This document shows, piece by piece, positions 26,501-35,908 of a stretch of 64,000 nucleotides of DNA. Below the pieces are notes generated by a model, which had not been told where the DNA came from, ran no database searches, and worked only from the letters and a program-made list of their open reading frames with translations. The number at the start of each line of letters is the position of its first letter. The stretch's first letter is position 1. The position numbers and the translations under genes are program-made. The stretch covers positions 1,684-65,683 of the forward strand of contig JBNJGH010000002.1 in NCBI GenBank assembly GCA_051747585.1, read 5' to 3'. This stretch comes from Candidatus Rifleibacteriota bacterium. GTDB lineage: Bacteria > Muiribacteriota > Ozemobacteria > Ozemobacterales > Ozemobacteraceae.

Positions 26501-28819
26501 TCACTCCGGAGAGAAAATATGAATCTGAGCACTTTCTGCGTCAGACACAGCTATAAGGCCGTCCTTTCGCACAGAAACGCCGGTAGGAACCCATGGTTGG
26601 GGGCCCGGGGGCGAGCCAAGGCGAGTAAGCGTTTTACCATCGGGACTGAGGCGAACAACCTGATAACTAGCAGAGTCGCAAACCCAGATTGAATCCCATG
26701 GGTCAACATCAAAACCTCTTACCTCAGAGCATCCTGTATGGAATCCGACTGTTTGCTGCCCCATTGGAGTAAATTTCTTTAAGATACCTGACTTTTCAAG
26801 AATTACCAACCCCTCCGAATCAACTCTAACAGATACAGGGGATTTTACTAATTTTGATTTTGGACCACCAAAGCCTCCAAGATAATTGCCATCAATATCG
26901 AAACAATTGATACGTGATAAGCCACGGTCGGCAACCCACAATTCATTTGCTCTGAAACACATACCTACCGGCAAATTAATTAAAGTTTGATTGCCGCCGG
27001 TGTTTGAAATTTTTTCAAGAAACGAACCATCATGGGAAAACTTCATAAGGCTATGATTAAGCTTGTCGGCAACAAAAAGTCTGTTAGTGTTTGCGGTAAT
27101 TGCTACGGGCAAAGAAAAGCGACCGTCAGTTTTCCCTTTTTCACCGAAAGATAGACGTAATCGCCCCTCTTCGGTAAAATTCAAAATTTTACGTCTCTGG
27201 CTGTCCACGACCCATAGAGTTCCATCTTCGGACCAGAAAACATCTTCAGGCCAGGCTCTTCTTAATTCAGCAGGATTTTCTGCAACGGAAAAACTTTGAA
27301 CAAGTTTAAATACGCAGTCTTCGGGTAAACTTGCCAGCATGGAAATCTTATTTTCAGAAATTTCATTTTTTTCAGAGGAAAGCTGCACTGTATTTGTTGC
27401 TTCATCATCTGATCCTGTTTCAGCTCCAATTTTACTGCGAAAAACCTCTGCCCTGTTCTTTTCTCCTTCTACCAGAGTCTCAACCTTGATATAGGATGGC
27501 TGTGAAGTCAGGCCAGAATTATCGTGAACAATAAGATTTAATTCATAAGGCCCTGCACTGTATGAAATATTATTAACAACTCCGTAAGGGGCTACTTTTC
27601 CAAGATCGAGAGTCAAAAAAGTTTCCTGGTCAGAAAAAATTTGTACCCGTGTATTTTCAAGCTTTATAACCTGCCCATCCGGGTTAGGCAAAAGCTGCTC
27701 AAGTTGCTTCCAATATAATCTAATTTTTGTCTTACCTTCTTCTGAAACCGATTCACAAGCAAGATTCGGAAAAGCGGCGAATCTGTTCACAGATGGTTGT
27801 GTCAGTTGGCAATTAACAGTATAAACTGCCCCGGGTATAAGCTTGGCCGGCAGAAAGCAAACAATATTGTCGCTTTCAGCAAAGAAATTACCTTTAACAT
27901 TTCGTTTAGAAGAATCAACGAGAGTTAAATAAATCTGAGTATTGTTTTTCACAAGTTCGAGACTATCTGTTGCAGCATTATCTACCCGGAATTTAATGCC
28001 ATTAAATGGATTCAAATAGTAGCCCTCTAAGGGAGCCATAATTTTCACGGGTTTTTCTGACTTTTCGTCTGTATTTGTTGTCAGATCTTTATCAGCAGAA
28101 ACCTTTGCCACAGAATTAGAGGATTCAGTAAAGAATTTATTTTGATCTACAGCGGCACCATTTTTTTTGCTTGCTTCTTCTTTCGAAGCAATTTCTTCTT
28201 CTTCTTCTTCTTCTTCTTCTTCTTCTTTCGCTTTTCTAATATCCTCTACAGTTTGTATCTGCCCTATTTCAACATCATCAATCGAGAAAGCCGAAGTATC
28301 TTTTACAACTCTGTCAGATTCTATTTTCTTAGACACAGGCTCTGCATCTAAATTTGTCTCTGCCGAAGTATCTGGACTGGACTTAATTTCGGAATCAGTT
28401 GGGGCATTTTCAGGTTTTGCACTGTTCTTATCCTGTCGAGCGATTTCTTCGTCTGTCGCTTCACTAACTTTAAGAATAAAACGTATTTCGCCCCCTGCAT
28501 TTTGCCAGGGCTGAATTTTAATCTGGTAAATACCGGTATTTTCAACTTCGAAAAGGTTAATGCTGGCAGAAGAAGTAGCTATTACCTCCGGGTCAGAAGT
28601 CAATTTTATTTCTGAAATTCTTACCTTTTGAGTAGTTCCCCCGCCCTGCTGCTCTAATTTAAATTTTACAGTTTTATTTTCTTTAAGAAGTATATAATTT
28701 GTTATTTCGGTATTTCTTTCGCGGTCAGCAGGGAAAGCACCTCTGTATTGAAAGAGGTTTTCTCCGTAAAGACAGCTTGATAATAGTGCCATAAGCAACA
28801 ATAAGCAAAGTTTTTTCAT
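26501..28819 (-). CDS. Secreted NHL-repeat beta-propeller protein with a poly-Glu tract.
   Basis: Signal peptide; C-terminal NHL-like repeats (LWVVDSQRRKILNF, LFVADKLNHSLMKF, LWVADRGLSRINCFDIDGNYLGGFGG, IWVCDSASYQVVRL); and an E11 run encoded by (CTT)n on the plus strand. Confidence 0.6.
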   Translation of the reverse strand: MKKLCLLLLMALLSSCLYGENLFQYRGAFPADRERNTEITNYILLKENKTVKFKLEQQGGGTTQKVRISEIKLTSDPEVIATSSASINLFEVENTGIYQIKIQPWQNAGGEIRFILKVSEATDEEIARQDKNSAKPENAPTDSEIKSSPDTSAETNLDAEPVSKKIESDRVVKDTSAFSIDDVEIGQIQTVEDIRKAKEEEEEEEEEEEIASKEEASKKNGAAVDQNKFFTESSNSVAKVSADKDLTTNTDEKSEKPVKIMAPLEGYYLNPFNGIKFRVDNAATDSLELVKNNTQIYLTLVDSSKRNVKGNFFAESDNIVCFLPAKLIPGAVYTVNCQLTQPSVNRFAAFPNLACESVSEEGKTKIRLYWKQLEQLLPNPDGQVIKLENTRVQIFSDQETFLTLDLGKVAPYGVVNNISYSAGPYELNLIVHDNSGLTSQPSYIKVETLVEGEKNRAEVFRSKIGAETGSDDEATNTVQLSSEKNEISENKISMLASLPEDCVFKLVQSFSVAENPAELRRAWPEDVFWSEDGTLWVVDSQRRKILNFTEEGRLRLSFGEKGKTDGRFSLPVAITANTNRLFVADKLNHSLMKFSHDGSFLEKISNTGGNQTLINLPVGMCFRANELWVADRGLSRINCFDIDGNYLGGFGGPKSKLVKSPVSVRVDSEGLVILEKSGILKKFTPMGQQTVGFHTGCSEVRGFDVDPWDSIWVCDSASYQVVRLSPDGKTLTRLGSPPGPQPWVPTGVSVRKDGLIAVSDAESAQIHIFSPE
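28193..28227. repeat. Trinucleotide microsatellite (CTT)~11 (GAA on the coding strand), encoding poly-Glu inside the NHL-repeat gene.
   Basis: cttcttcttcttcttcttcttcttcttc, read directly from the sequence. Confidence 0.9.
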
Positions 28820-28870
28820 TTTGCACTAAGCCTTTCTGAATTTAAAGCTCTGTCTTAAAAGCAAAAAAGG

Positions 28871-30445
28871 TTATCTAAGCCAAATAGAATCTGGATAAAT
28901 CGAATGGATTTTATTCCAGACTTTCTGAGCTTCTGAATAAGCCAGATGCTGATTATAAAGATCAGACAAGACGGCCAACCCATGTTCTGCCTTGTACATT
29001 TCAGGTTTACCGGTAAGTGACATCATAATCAAATCGGTTGCCAGATCAGGAAACCTTTTAGCAGCGACGAGACCTGCAAGGAATCTTCTTTCTCCCTCTT
29101 GAATCGGAAGATAAAGGGGCATAATACAATCTTCGACCAATTTTACCAATTGCGGGGTCAAAGACGATTTAATTCTTGAATAAATATTCCAAGCCTTGTC
29201 TTTGCGATCAACTGCGGCATAATATAACATATCTGCCGGCAGATCAGCCCATGCCCTGAAATTTTCTACAGGCAAATCAGAATTTTTACCCAATGCCATA
29301 TTTGAAACAGCAAGCATAAGCATTATCTGATCGGAATCAATTACAGGAAGTGCATGGTTATCATAAGGTAAAAGCCCGGAATCAAAATAAATATGGCTTA
29401 AATAGGTATTTGTTTCAGGTTTAAGAATATCCTGGATTTCAAGCCCGCATACAAACTCTTCGAATTCGGCTTTTTTTTCAAAACCATTCAAGGCTTTCAT
29501 TTTTGCCAGCATCAGTCCAGCTTGCTGACGGTCTTTCATTTCATAAAGATAAATGTTACGCAACTTCTGCAACACTTCATAGGTTTTATCTGCTGATGCC
29601 TGAGGAAACTCGGTTAGAAATTCCCTGAGTTTTTTCTCTCTTAATTGCGGAGAAGCACTATGCTTAACAACTCTCTCCAAGCCGCACCAATCAAGAACAA
29701 CCGGATTATAGGCATTTTTACGAGTGTCTTTGATTTTTAAAGATTTCAAAGCCGCATCAGGTGCAGACTTGGCGAAATAATTTTCAAAAAGAACTGCATC
29801 TATTTTATCTGCGGCTTCTTTACCGGTTATAAGATTGCTTTCTACCTGAGTCAACAACTTCTCTACCCGGGCGTTACCTTTATGAAATCGGCGCAAATCT
29901 CTAATCAACTTTGACGAAGGACTCTTTAATCTTTGCGATTCAAGAAATCTTTCAGCAGAGCGATGGCGATTTGCAACTATGTATCCGTTAAACAGTGTTG
30001 TCTGTTTTTTATAACTCAGCCTTTTTTTGCTCAATAAGCTTTGTGCCTTATCAATTGCTCTGAAAGCACCTTTTTTATCGCCTTCTGTGAAGGCGGCGAT
30101 TGCTTTGTATATATAAATGTCAGAAACATATCTTCCCTTTGGAAAGATTTTTAAAGATGTGTCGGCAGCAAGCATGGATTCTTGATGAAGCTCAGGACTG
30201 TAACAAGACACTGCATAAAAGAAAGCTTTTTCTCTTACCGAATCAAGATATTCGGGTCTTGTCCAGGCGATTGCACCTGCAAATGCCTCTTTTAAAAGCC
30301 TTTGCGCCTGTTTCTGGTTCCTTGTCCAGAGTTTTGAGGCTCTCGTAATTTTTTTATTTACCTTAAAAAGTGAAGGCTGGGCATAAATCTGCCCGCTTAA
30401 AACAGAAAACAAAATAGTTAAAATCAAGAACCTCAAATATTTCAT
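28871..30445 (-). CDS. Secreted hypothetical protein (524 aa). The start is revised to MKYLRFLILTILFSVLSGQIYAQ, because the longer ORF-track N-terminus would overlap engB.
   Basis: A strong RBS GGAGGAG lies 7 nt upstream of the ATG at 30445, followed by a signal peptide. The 86 aa of the ORF-track version upstream of this start (through 30703) are K-rich antisense to the engB tail. Confidence 0.55.
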   Translation of the reverse strand: MKYLRFLILTILFSVLSGQIYAQPSLFKVNKKITRASKLWTRNQKQAQRLLKEAFAGAIAWTRPEYLDSVREKAFFYAVSCYSPELHQESMLAADTSLKIFPKGRYVSDIYIYKAIAAFTEGDKKGAFRAIDKAQSLLSKKRLSYKKQTTLFNGYIVANRHRSAERFLESQRLKSPSSKLIRDLRRFHKGNARVEKLLTQVESNLITGKEAADKIDAVLFENYFAKSAPDAALKSLKIKDTRKNAYNPVVLDWCGLERVVKHSASPQLREKKLREFLTEFPQASADKTYEVLQKLRNIYLYEMKDRQQAGLMLAKMKALNGFEKKAEFEEFVCGLEIQDILKPETNTYLSHIYFDSGLLPYDNHALPVIDSDQIMLMLAVSNMALGKNSDLPVENFRAWADLPADMLYYAAVDRKDKAWNIYSRIKSSLTPQLVKLVEDCIMPLYLPIQEGERRFLAGLVAAKRFPDLATDLIMMSLTGKPEMYKAEHGLAVLSDLYNQHLAYSEAQKVWNKIHSIYPDSIWLR

Positions 30446-30470
30446 ATAATCTCCTCCGGGATCAACCTTT

Positions 30471-31277
30471 TCAGGCTTTTGTTTTATCTTCAGACTTATC
30501 AGGCCTACGATTATTTTTTGCGGGCCTGCGTCGCCTTTTTCTTCCAGTGCCGGCTGAAGATTTCTTATCTGTTTTTTTTCTCTTCTCGCCTTTTTTTGTT
30601 GATTTTTCAGATCCGGCATTTTTACCTTCAGATTTTTTACGAGAACGATTTTTATCAGCTTTTCGAGCAGGTTTTTCTGCGACTTTAAACTGATATCCGG
30701 CAAGAATTTTCTCTATTGCATCCAGGAACTCTTCTTTTCCGGTTTGATTTTTTGCCGAGAAAAGCAGGGCATAATTAAGCCCCATTTCTTTAAGAATCGC
30801 CTTTCGCATTTTTATAGTCTGCTGATTACTCAGTTTATCAATCTTAGTTATTACCGATAAATAATTGAATTTCTGCTCACGCAACCAGTTGTACATTTGC
30901 CGATCAAGTTTTCCCGGTTTATGGCGAGCATCAAGGATCTGAATGATTCCTTTCAAATTGGGGCAAATACTAAAGAAATCATTCATCATTGCCTGAATGC
31001 GCTGACGAGTTACTTTAGAAGCTTTGGCATACCCATAACCCGGAAGGTCTACAATATAAAACTCATCATTAAAATTATAGTAATTAATGGTCAATGTTTT
31101 TCCTGGCAGGGAGCTGGTGCGAGCAAGCTCTTTTCGGTTGGCAATAATATTTATCAATGAAGATTTTCCAACATTACTCCGCCCGACAAGTGCTATAACA
31201 GGCTTTCCATCGTCAGGCAGACCTTCGCTCGAAACAGCGCATGCTGTAAATAATGCAGATGTAATTTTTAAAGGCAT
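30471..31277 (-). CDS. engB: Ribosome biogenesis GTPase EngB/YsxC with a ~70-aa lysine-rich C-terminal extension.
   Basis: G1 GRSNVGKSSLIN, G3 DLPGYG, G4 TKIDK, then a C-terminal KADKNRSRKKSEGKNAGSEKSTKKGEKRKKTDKK... tail. It sits immediately downstream of lon, as in Bacillus lonA-ysxC. Confidence 0.8.
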   Translation of the reverse strand: MPLKITSALFTACAVSSEGLPDDGKPVIALVGRSNVGKSSLINIIANRKELARTSSLPGKTLTINYYNFNDEFYIVDLPGYGYAKASKVTRQRIQAMMNDFFSICPNLKGIIQILDARHKPGKLDRQMYNWLREQKFNYLSVITKIDKLSNQQTIKMRKAILKEMGLNYALLFSAKNQTGKEEFLDAIEKILAGYQFKVAEKPARKADKNRSRKKSEGKNAGSEKSTKKGEKRKKTDKKSSAGTGRKRRRRPAKNNRRPDKSEDKTKA

Positions 31278-33797
31278 TTATTCCTCCGCCGTCTTTTTGT
31301 TCTTTTTTATGGCTGCAGTTCCCATAGCTCTTTTTGAGAATTTAAGAGCTGTTTTTTTGGGTTTGCCTTTTAAAGCAAGCTTAAGAACTTCATCTGCAAA
31401 CTTAACCTTATGAATTTTCAGATTTTTACGTATTTTTTCGGGAATTTCTTCAAGTTCCTTTTCGTTTTCGTCAGAGATAATTATGTCGGTAATTCCCTGT
31501 CGGTGTGCAGCAAGCAGCTTTTCTTTGATGCCGCCTACCGGTAGAACCTTACCTCTAAGAGTTATTTCACCAGTCATGGCAAAAGTACTCTTAACCGGTA
31601 CTTCATTCAATGAAGAATAAATTGCAGTGGCAATAGCAATACCGGCCGAAGGACCATCTTTTGGCACTGCTCCTTCAGGGAAGTGAATATGCAGATCAAG
31701 GTGATCGTAATCTATAGGGCGCATTTTGACGAGGTCTGCATGGCTTCTTAAATAAGACAGGCTGGTATGGGCAGATTCTTTCATAACATCTCCGAGAGAG
31801 CCTGTAAGGATTATTTTTCCGCGTCCTGGCATATAAACAACTTCGATGGGCAATGTAGTGCCGCCAACTTCGGTCCATGCAAGACCGTTTACCAGACCGA
31901 CTTCATCTTTTTCTTCCCTTTTGTCAACATGAAACTTGGGGATTCCCAAATATTTTTCCACGGATTTAGGAGTAACTTTGATCGATACTTTTTTGCTTTT
32001 CTTTGTAGTTTTCTTTTTGCCTATCACAATGTCGCGAGCAATTTTACGGCAAATTGAAGCAAGTTCTCGTTCAAGATTTCTAACACCGCTTTCACGGGTA
32101 AATTTACGAATAACCTCAACAATAGCAGATGGCATAATTTTGACATTATGCTTATTTATTCCATTAGCTTCCTGCTGTTTGGGCACCAGGTATCTTTTTG
32201 CAATTTCTACTTTTTCTTCCTGGGTATAGCCCGGGAGATAAACTATTTCAAGTCTGTCTTTCAAAGGGGCTGGTATAGTGTGAGGCACATTTGCAGTTGT
32301 CAGAAAAAGAACCTTTGAAAGGTCGAAAGGGGTAGCAATATAATGATCGGAAAAATTAAAATTCTGTTCGGGATCAAGAGCTTCAAGAAGCGCCGAGCTT
32401 GGGTCTCCCCTGAAGTCCATTCCCATTTTATCAATTTCATCGAGCAATATCACCGGATTATTTGTCCCGGCATCTCTGATTGCCTGAATAATTCTACCCG
32501 GCATAGCGCCAATATAGGTTCGACGATGACCGCGAATTTCTGCCTCATCCCTCATTCCACCAAGAGAGATGCGGGAAAATTTTCTATTTAGGGAACGGGC
32601 AATAGATTTTCCAAGGGAAGTTTTACCGACCCCCGGAGGCCCGATTAAGCAAAGAATTGGGCCTTTGATTGATTTTTTCAGTCTGCAAACCGCCAGATAT
32701 TCGAGAATTCTTTGTTTTACGCGCTCAAGCCCGTAATGATCTTCATTAAGTATATCTTCACATTTTTTGAGATCAATTCTATCTTTACTGCGCTTTTTCC
32801 ATGGCAATGAAACCAGCCAGTCGATGTAATTGCGAGAAACGGTAGCTTCAGCCGAGCCCGGGGGCATTTTAGTCAGCTTTTTCAGCTCTTTTTCAGCCTT
32901 TTCTTTCGCTTCTTGAGGCATTTTTGCCTTTAAGATAGCTTCTTTAAGTTCTTCAAGCTCTTCGCTTCTTTCGTCTGCTTCGCCCAGTTCTTTTTGAATA
33001 GCCTTCATCTGTTCGCGAAGATAATATTCTTTTTGAATCTGCTCCATCTGTTTTCGCACCTGGCCACGTATTTTCTTTTCGACCATCATTATTTCAAGTT
33101 CGCGATTAAGTATGGCAGCAATTTTTTCGAGACGTTGTCTTGGAACAAAGGCTTCAAGAACTTCCTGCTTTTCTTCTACCTTCAAGTTTAAATGGGCGGT
33201 AATTATATCAGCAAGCCTTCCGGGCTCTTCCACATTGTTGGCAACCATTATGACTTCAAGAGGTATTTTTTTGTTAAGCTTTACATATTGTTCAAAAAGA
33301 TTGATTACATTTCGCATGAGAGCTTGAAGCTCAATTGTCTTTTTGTCTTCTGAAGTAATCTTTTCTGCTACTACTTCAAACATCTCGTCTGTCTGTTTAA
33401 ATTCATTAATTTTTACTCTGGTTGTACCCTCCACCAGAATTTTTAAAATGCCGTCGGGCAATTTTAAAAGCTGCAGTATTTCAGCAACAGTACCGGTTTC
33501 GTAAAGGTCTTCAAGTTCAGGATCATCAGTTTTTGCCTGCTTTTGGGAGCACAAAACGATCTTACGATTTTTGAGCATGGCCTCTTCGATTGCTCTTATT
33601 GACTTTTTCCGGCCAACGAACAGTGGAACGACCATGTAAGGAAAAACTACGACATCGCGTAATGGCAGTAGTGGAAATGTTTCAATAGATTTTGCTTCAA
33701 AATCAGAGACCTGGTTGTCATCTGATTTTTTTTTATCAGGAGTTTTGCTTTTATTACTGGTTGCCATTATTACATCCTCCTTTAAGGCTGCTTTCAA
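31278..33797 (-). CDS. lon: ATP-dependent Lon protease (LonA). The true start is probably the internal MATSNKSK at 33767.
   Basis: Lon N-terminal domain ([23 protein letters not shown]), AAA+ Walker [10 protein letters not shown], and the proteolytic Ser motif [15 protein letters not shown] with Lys (KEK) downstream. Confidence 0.9.
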   Translation of the reverse strand: MKAALKEDVIMATSNKSKTPDKKKSDDNQVSDFEAKSIETFPLLPLRDVVVFPYMVVPLFVGRKKSIRAIEEAMLKNRKIVLCSQKQAKTDDPELEDLYETGTVAEILQLLKLPDGILKILVEGTTRVKINEFKQTDEMFEVVAEKITSEDKKTIELQALMRNVINLFEQYVKLNKKIPLEVIMVANNVEEPGRLADIITAHLNLKVEEKQEVLEAFVPRQRLEKIAAILNRELEIMMVEKKIRGQVRKQMEQIQKEYYLREQMKAIQKELGEADERSEELEELKEAILKAKMPQEAKEKAEKELKKLTKMPPGSAEATVSRNYIDWLVSLPWKKRSKDRIDLKKCEDILNEDHYGLERVKQRILEYLAVCRLKKSIKGPILCLIGPPGVGKTSLGKSIARSLNRKFSRISLGGMRDEAEIRGHRRTYIGAMPGRIIQAIRDAGTNNPVILLDEIDKMGMDFRGDPSSALLEALDPEQNFNFSDHYIATPFDLSKVLFLTTANVPHTIPAPLKDRLEIVYLPGYTQEEKVEIAKRYLVPKQQEANGINKHNVKIMPSAIVEVIRKFTRESGVRNLERELASICRKIARDIVIGKKKTTKKSKKVSIKVTPKSVEKYLGIPKFHVDKREEKDEVGLVNGLAWTEVGGTTLPIEVVYMPGRGKIILTGSLGDVMKESAHTSLSYLRSHADLVKMRPIDYDHLDLHIHFPEGAVPKDGPSAGIAIATAIYSSLNEVPVKSTFAMTGEITLRGKVLPVGGIKEKLLAAHRQGITDIIISDENEKELEEIPEKIRKNLKIHKVKFADEVLKLALKGKPKKTALKFSKRAMGTAAIKKNKKTAEE

Positions 33798-33840
33798 TTT
33801 TACTGTATTGCTGATAAAAAAAACAGAAAGTTTTCATAAT

Positions 33841-35820
33841 TTAACTTTTCTTTTCCCCTTTTTTTTCACGTTTAACGAGTGGTAATTTTGATAGTTGCTT
33901 GTAAAGTCTCTGCAAAAGACTGATTCTTGATACATGTTCTTTGCTGGTATCGTCAAGCACTGCGGGCAGATTAATCATACAGGCCTCGATATCAACCTTC
34001 TCTTTAAGAAAGAAGTTGAAAATTGCAGGATAATCGACACCTGGCAAAGCTTCAATTTTTTCCAGCTTTTTAGATAACTCTGATTCCAATCCTTCATCTG
34101 GTTCGGCATGAATTTTTTGATCGATATCTCCCAATTTGGCCTTTAGGCGCTTAACAGTTCCGTTAAATGTTTCAAGTTGTTCATTAGTTACATCTTTCCA
34201 TTCGGAATAAGCCTCAAAGAAAGATGCCGGGTCAAATTCCGACCGATTAGAAAAATTATCGAAGTAATATGGAAAAATTCCTTCACGGTTCTGAAGCCTG
34301 AAAGCTTTTTCGAACCACATCTTTTTATTGACTCTTCTGGTTGGAAACAGTTTGCTTAACACAGAAAATAGATCAATTTTTAATCCGGTGCAGTTAAGAA
34401 AGCTTAAAATACGCTCCGGGGTACAATCAAAGCAATGTATATTGTTGATATAACCCTGCAGAAGGACAGCCAGACTGACAATTTTAGCTTCAGCAAGCTT
34501 TGGTGCAGAAGTTCTTTCTTCAAAATACTGACAAACTTCTTTGAGACATTCTGCATAGGGTCTGAAAGATTCAACCCCTTCAAGTCGGTTGAAAATGACA
34601 GAAATTCCAGTTCCTTCAAGCAACTTACCAATTTCAGTCTTTTCGCCCTCTTCAATCAATGTAATCACTGGAGAAACAGACTTTTTAAGATCGTTCATGT
34701 TGACATAATCGCATAAACCTTCTGCCACGCCGGTAAGAGAACAATTTCCAAACAAATCAGACTTTATAAAGCCTTCATCAGATAATTGCTCTGCGATTGC
34801 CTCTAATTTGCCCGGTAAGACATGAATATCCTGATTCCAAATTTTCCAGACTTTTTCGAGTTCCTGATCAAGAAATGCTTTTCTAATCTCAGCTTCGTCA
34901 TCAGAACCAGTTGTTAAAGGTGGGAGGGCTAAAGCGCCGGGTAAAACTTTGCCATAAGCATCTTCGCACAAAAAATACGAAAAATAACCGGCAACTATTT
35001 TCTCTAGAATCACCGCCGGCATTTCGAGGAATTTTTTATCGAAATTAATTAAAAGCGGCTGAACATTTTCATAAAAGGTACAAATAAGACTCACTCTATC
35101 ACCAGGATCGCGCAAGAGATAACCTTCCGGCAAAACAGAACGAATTTTTGCATCCAGAGATTTCTTTTTTTCTTTTATTTCAGAAAACACACCCAATTGC
35201 TTCATTAATTGGGGATAAGTAGAAGCATGATCAATTTTAAACCCTTTTCGCCTGATCCCATCAAAATACAAAACCTGGTCACAGGCCTCAAGATTTTCAA
35301 ACTCAATATCGAGAGTCTGATCATCGAGCATAGCGCAGAAATTAACAATGGGCTGGGGAAAAGAACTTTTTTCAGACCAGCTGAGGGTAAAAAATGGAAT
35401 GGAGCTAAATATTTTTTCGCAAATACGGGCCAAACATTCTTCGAGGCTTTGACCGCGACGTAGCTTTTTGGCAAAGAGAAATTTTTCTCCATCAATCTCG
35501 CGGACAATGAGATCTTTAAGCTCGAGCCCCTGAGCCGAAGCAAAACCAGTTGCGGCAGGAGTAGGAAGATTGTTCAAATCATAGGCAGCGGATTCTTTAG
35601 GACCACGAATTTCTTTAACTGTATTCGACTGAGCATCAGAAAGCCCTTCGATAAGAATTCCTACCCTGTTTGAGTTTACCCACACCTGAACCCGGGAAAA
35701 GTCAAAGTTTTGCTGCTCGACAACTCTCCTGACCACAGATTTCAGGTCAGGAAGGGAATGTCCAAAAGCATTCAAGGGCAAAGAGACGAAACCAGCCTCT
35801 AGTAAAAGGGTTCTGGGCAA
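33841..35820 (-). CDS. Divergent glycine--tRNA ligase beta-subunit (GlyS)-like protein, with no adjacent glyQ.
   Basis: By-eye alignment to E. coli GlyS. LLLEAGFVSLP aligns with FLVEIGTEELP. RGP...PTPAATGFASAQGLELKDL...GEKFLF...PFFTLSW...FPQPIVNFCAMLDD aligns with RGP...PSKAAEGWARGCGITVDQ...GEWLLY...PKLMRWG...FVRPVHTVTLLLGD. PAVILEKIVAGYFSYF...YGKVLPGALAL aligns with PAEALVYTMKGDQKYFPVY...DGKLLPNFIFV. At 659 aa it is slightly shorter than canonical GlyS. Confidence 0.5.
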   Translation of the reverse strand: MPRTLLLEAGFVSLPLNAFGHSLPDLKSVVRRVVEQQNFDFSRVQVWVNSNRVGILIEGLSDAQSNTVKEIRGPKESAAYDLNNLPTPAATGFASAQGLELKDLIVREIDGEKFLFAKKLRRGQSLEECLARICEKIFSSIPFFTLSWSEKSSFPQPIVNFCAMLDDQTLDIEFENLEACDQVLYFDGIRRKGFKIDHASTYPQLMKQLGVFSEIKEKKKSLDAKIRSVLPEGYLLRDPGDRVSLICTFYENVQPLLINFDKKFLEMPAVILEKIVAGYFSYFLCEDAYGKVLPGALALPPLTTGSDDEAEIRKAFLDQELEKVWKIWNQDIHVLPGKLEAIAEQLSDEGFIKSDLFGNCSLTGVAEGLCDYVNMNDLKKSVSPVITLIEEGEKTEIGKLLEGTGISVIFNRLEGVESFRPYAECLKEVCQYFEERTSAPKLAEAKIVSLAVLLQGYINNIHCFDCTPERILSFLNCTGLKIDLFSVLSKLFPTRRVNKKMWFEKAFRLQNREGIFPYYFDNFSNRSEFDPASFFEAYSEWKDVTNEQLETFNGTVKRLKAKLGDIDQKIHAEPDEGLESELSKKLEKIEALPGVDYPAIFNFFLKEKVDIEACMINLPAVLDDTSKEHVSRISLLQRLYKQLSKLPLVKREKKGEKKS

Positions 35821-35908
35821 AAAATATCTCCTGATTGTAACGTTACGCGGACGAATTATAGACTGTTATTGAATTAATTTCAAGTCAAGGACGCTTCCCT
35901 AAAATAAT

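Noticed and set aside
28871-30703. Long N-terminal extension of the 610-aa ORF overlapping engB
   Set aside because: An internal start at 30445 has a strong GGAGGAG RBS and yields a signal peptide. The extension is K-rich antisense to the engB basic tail and would overlap engB by >230 nt.
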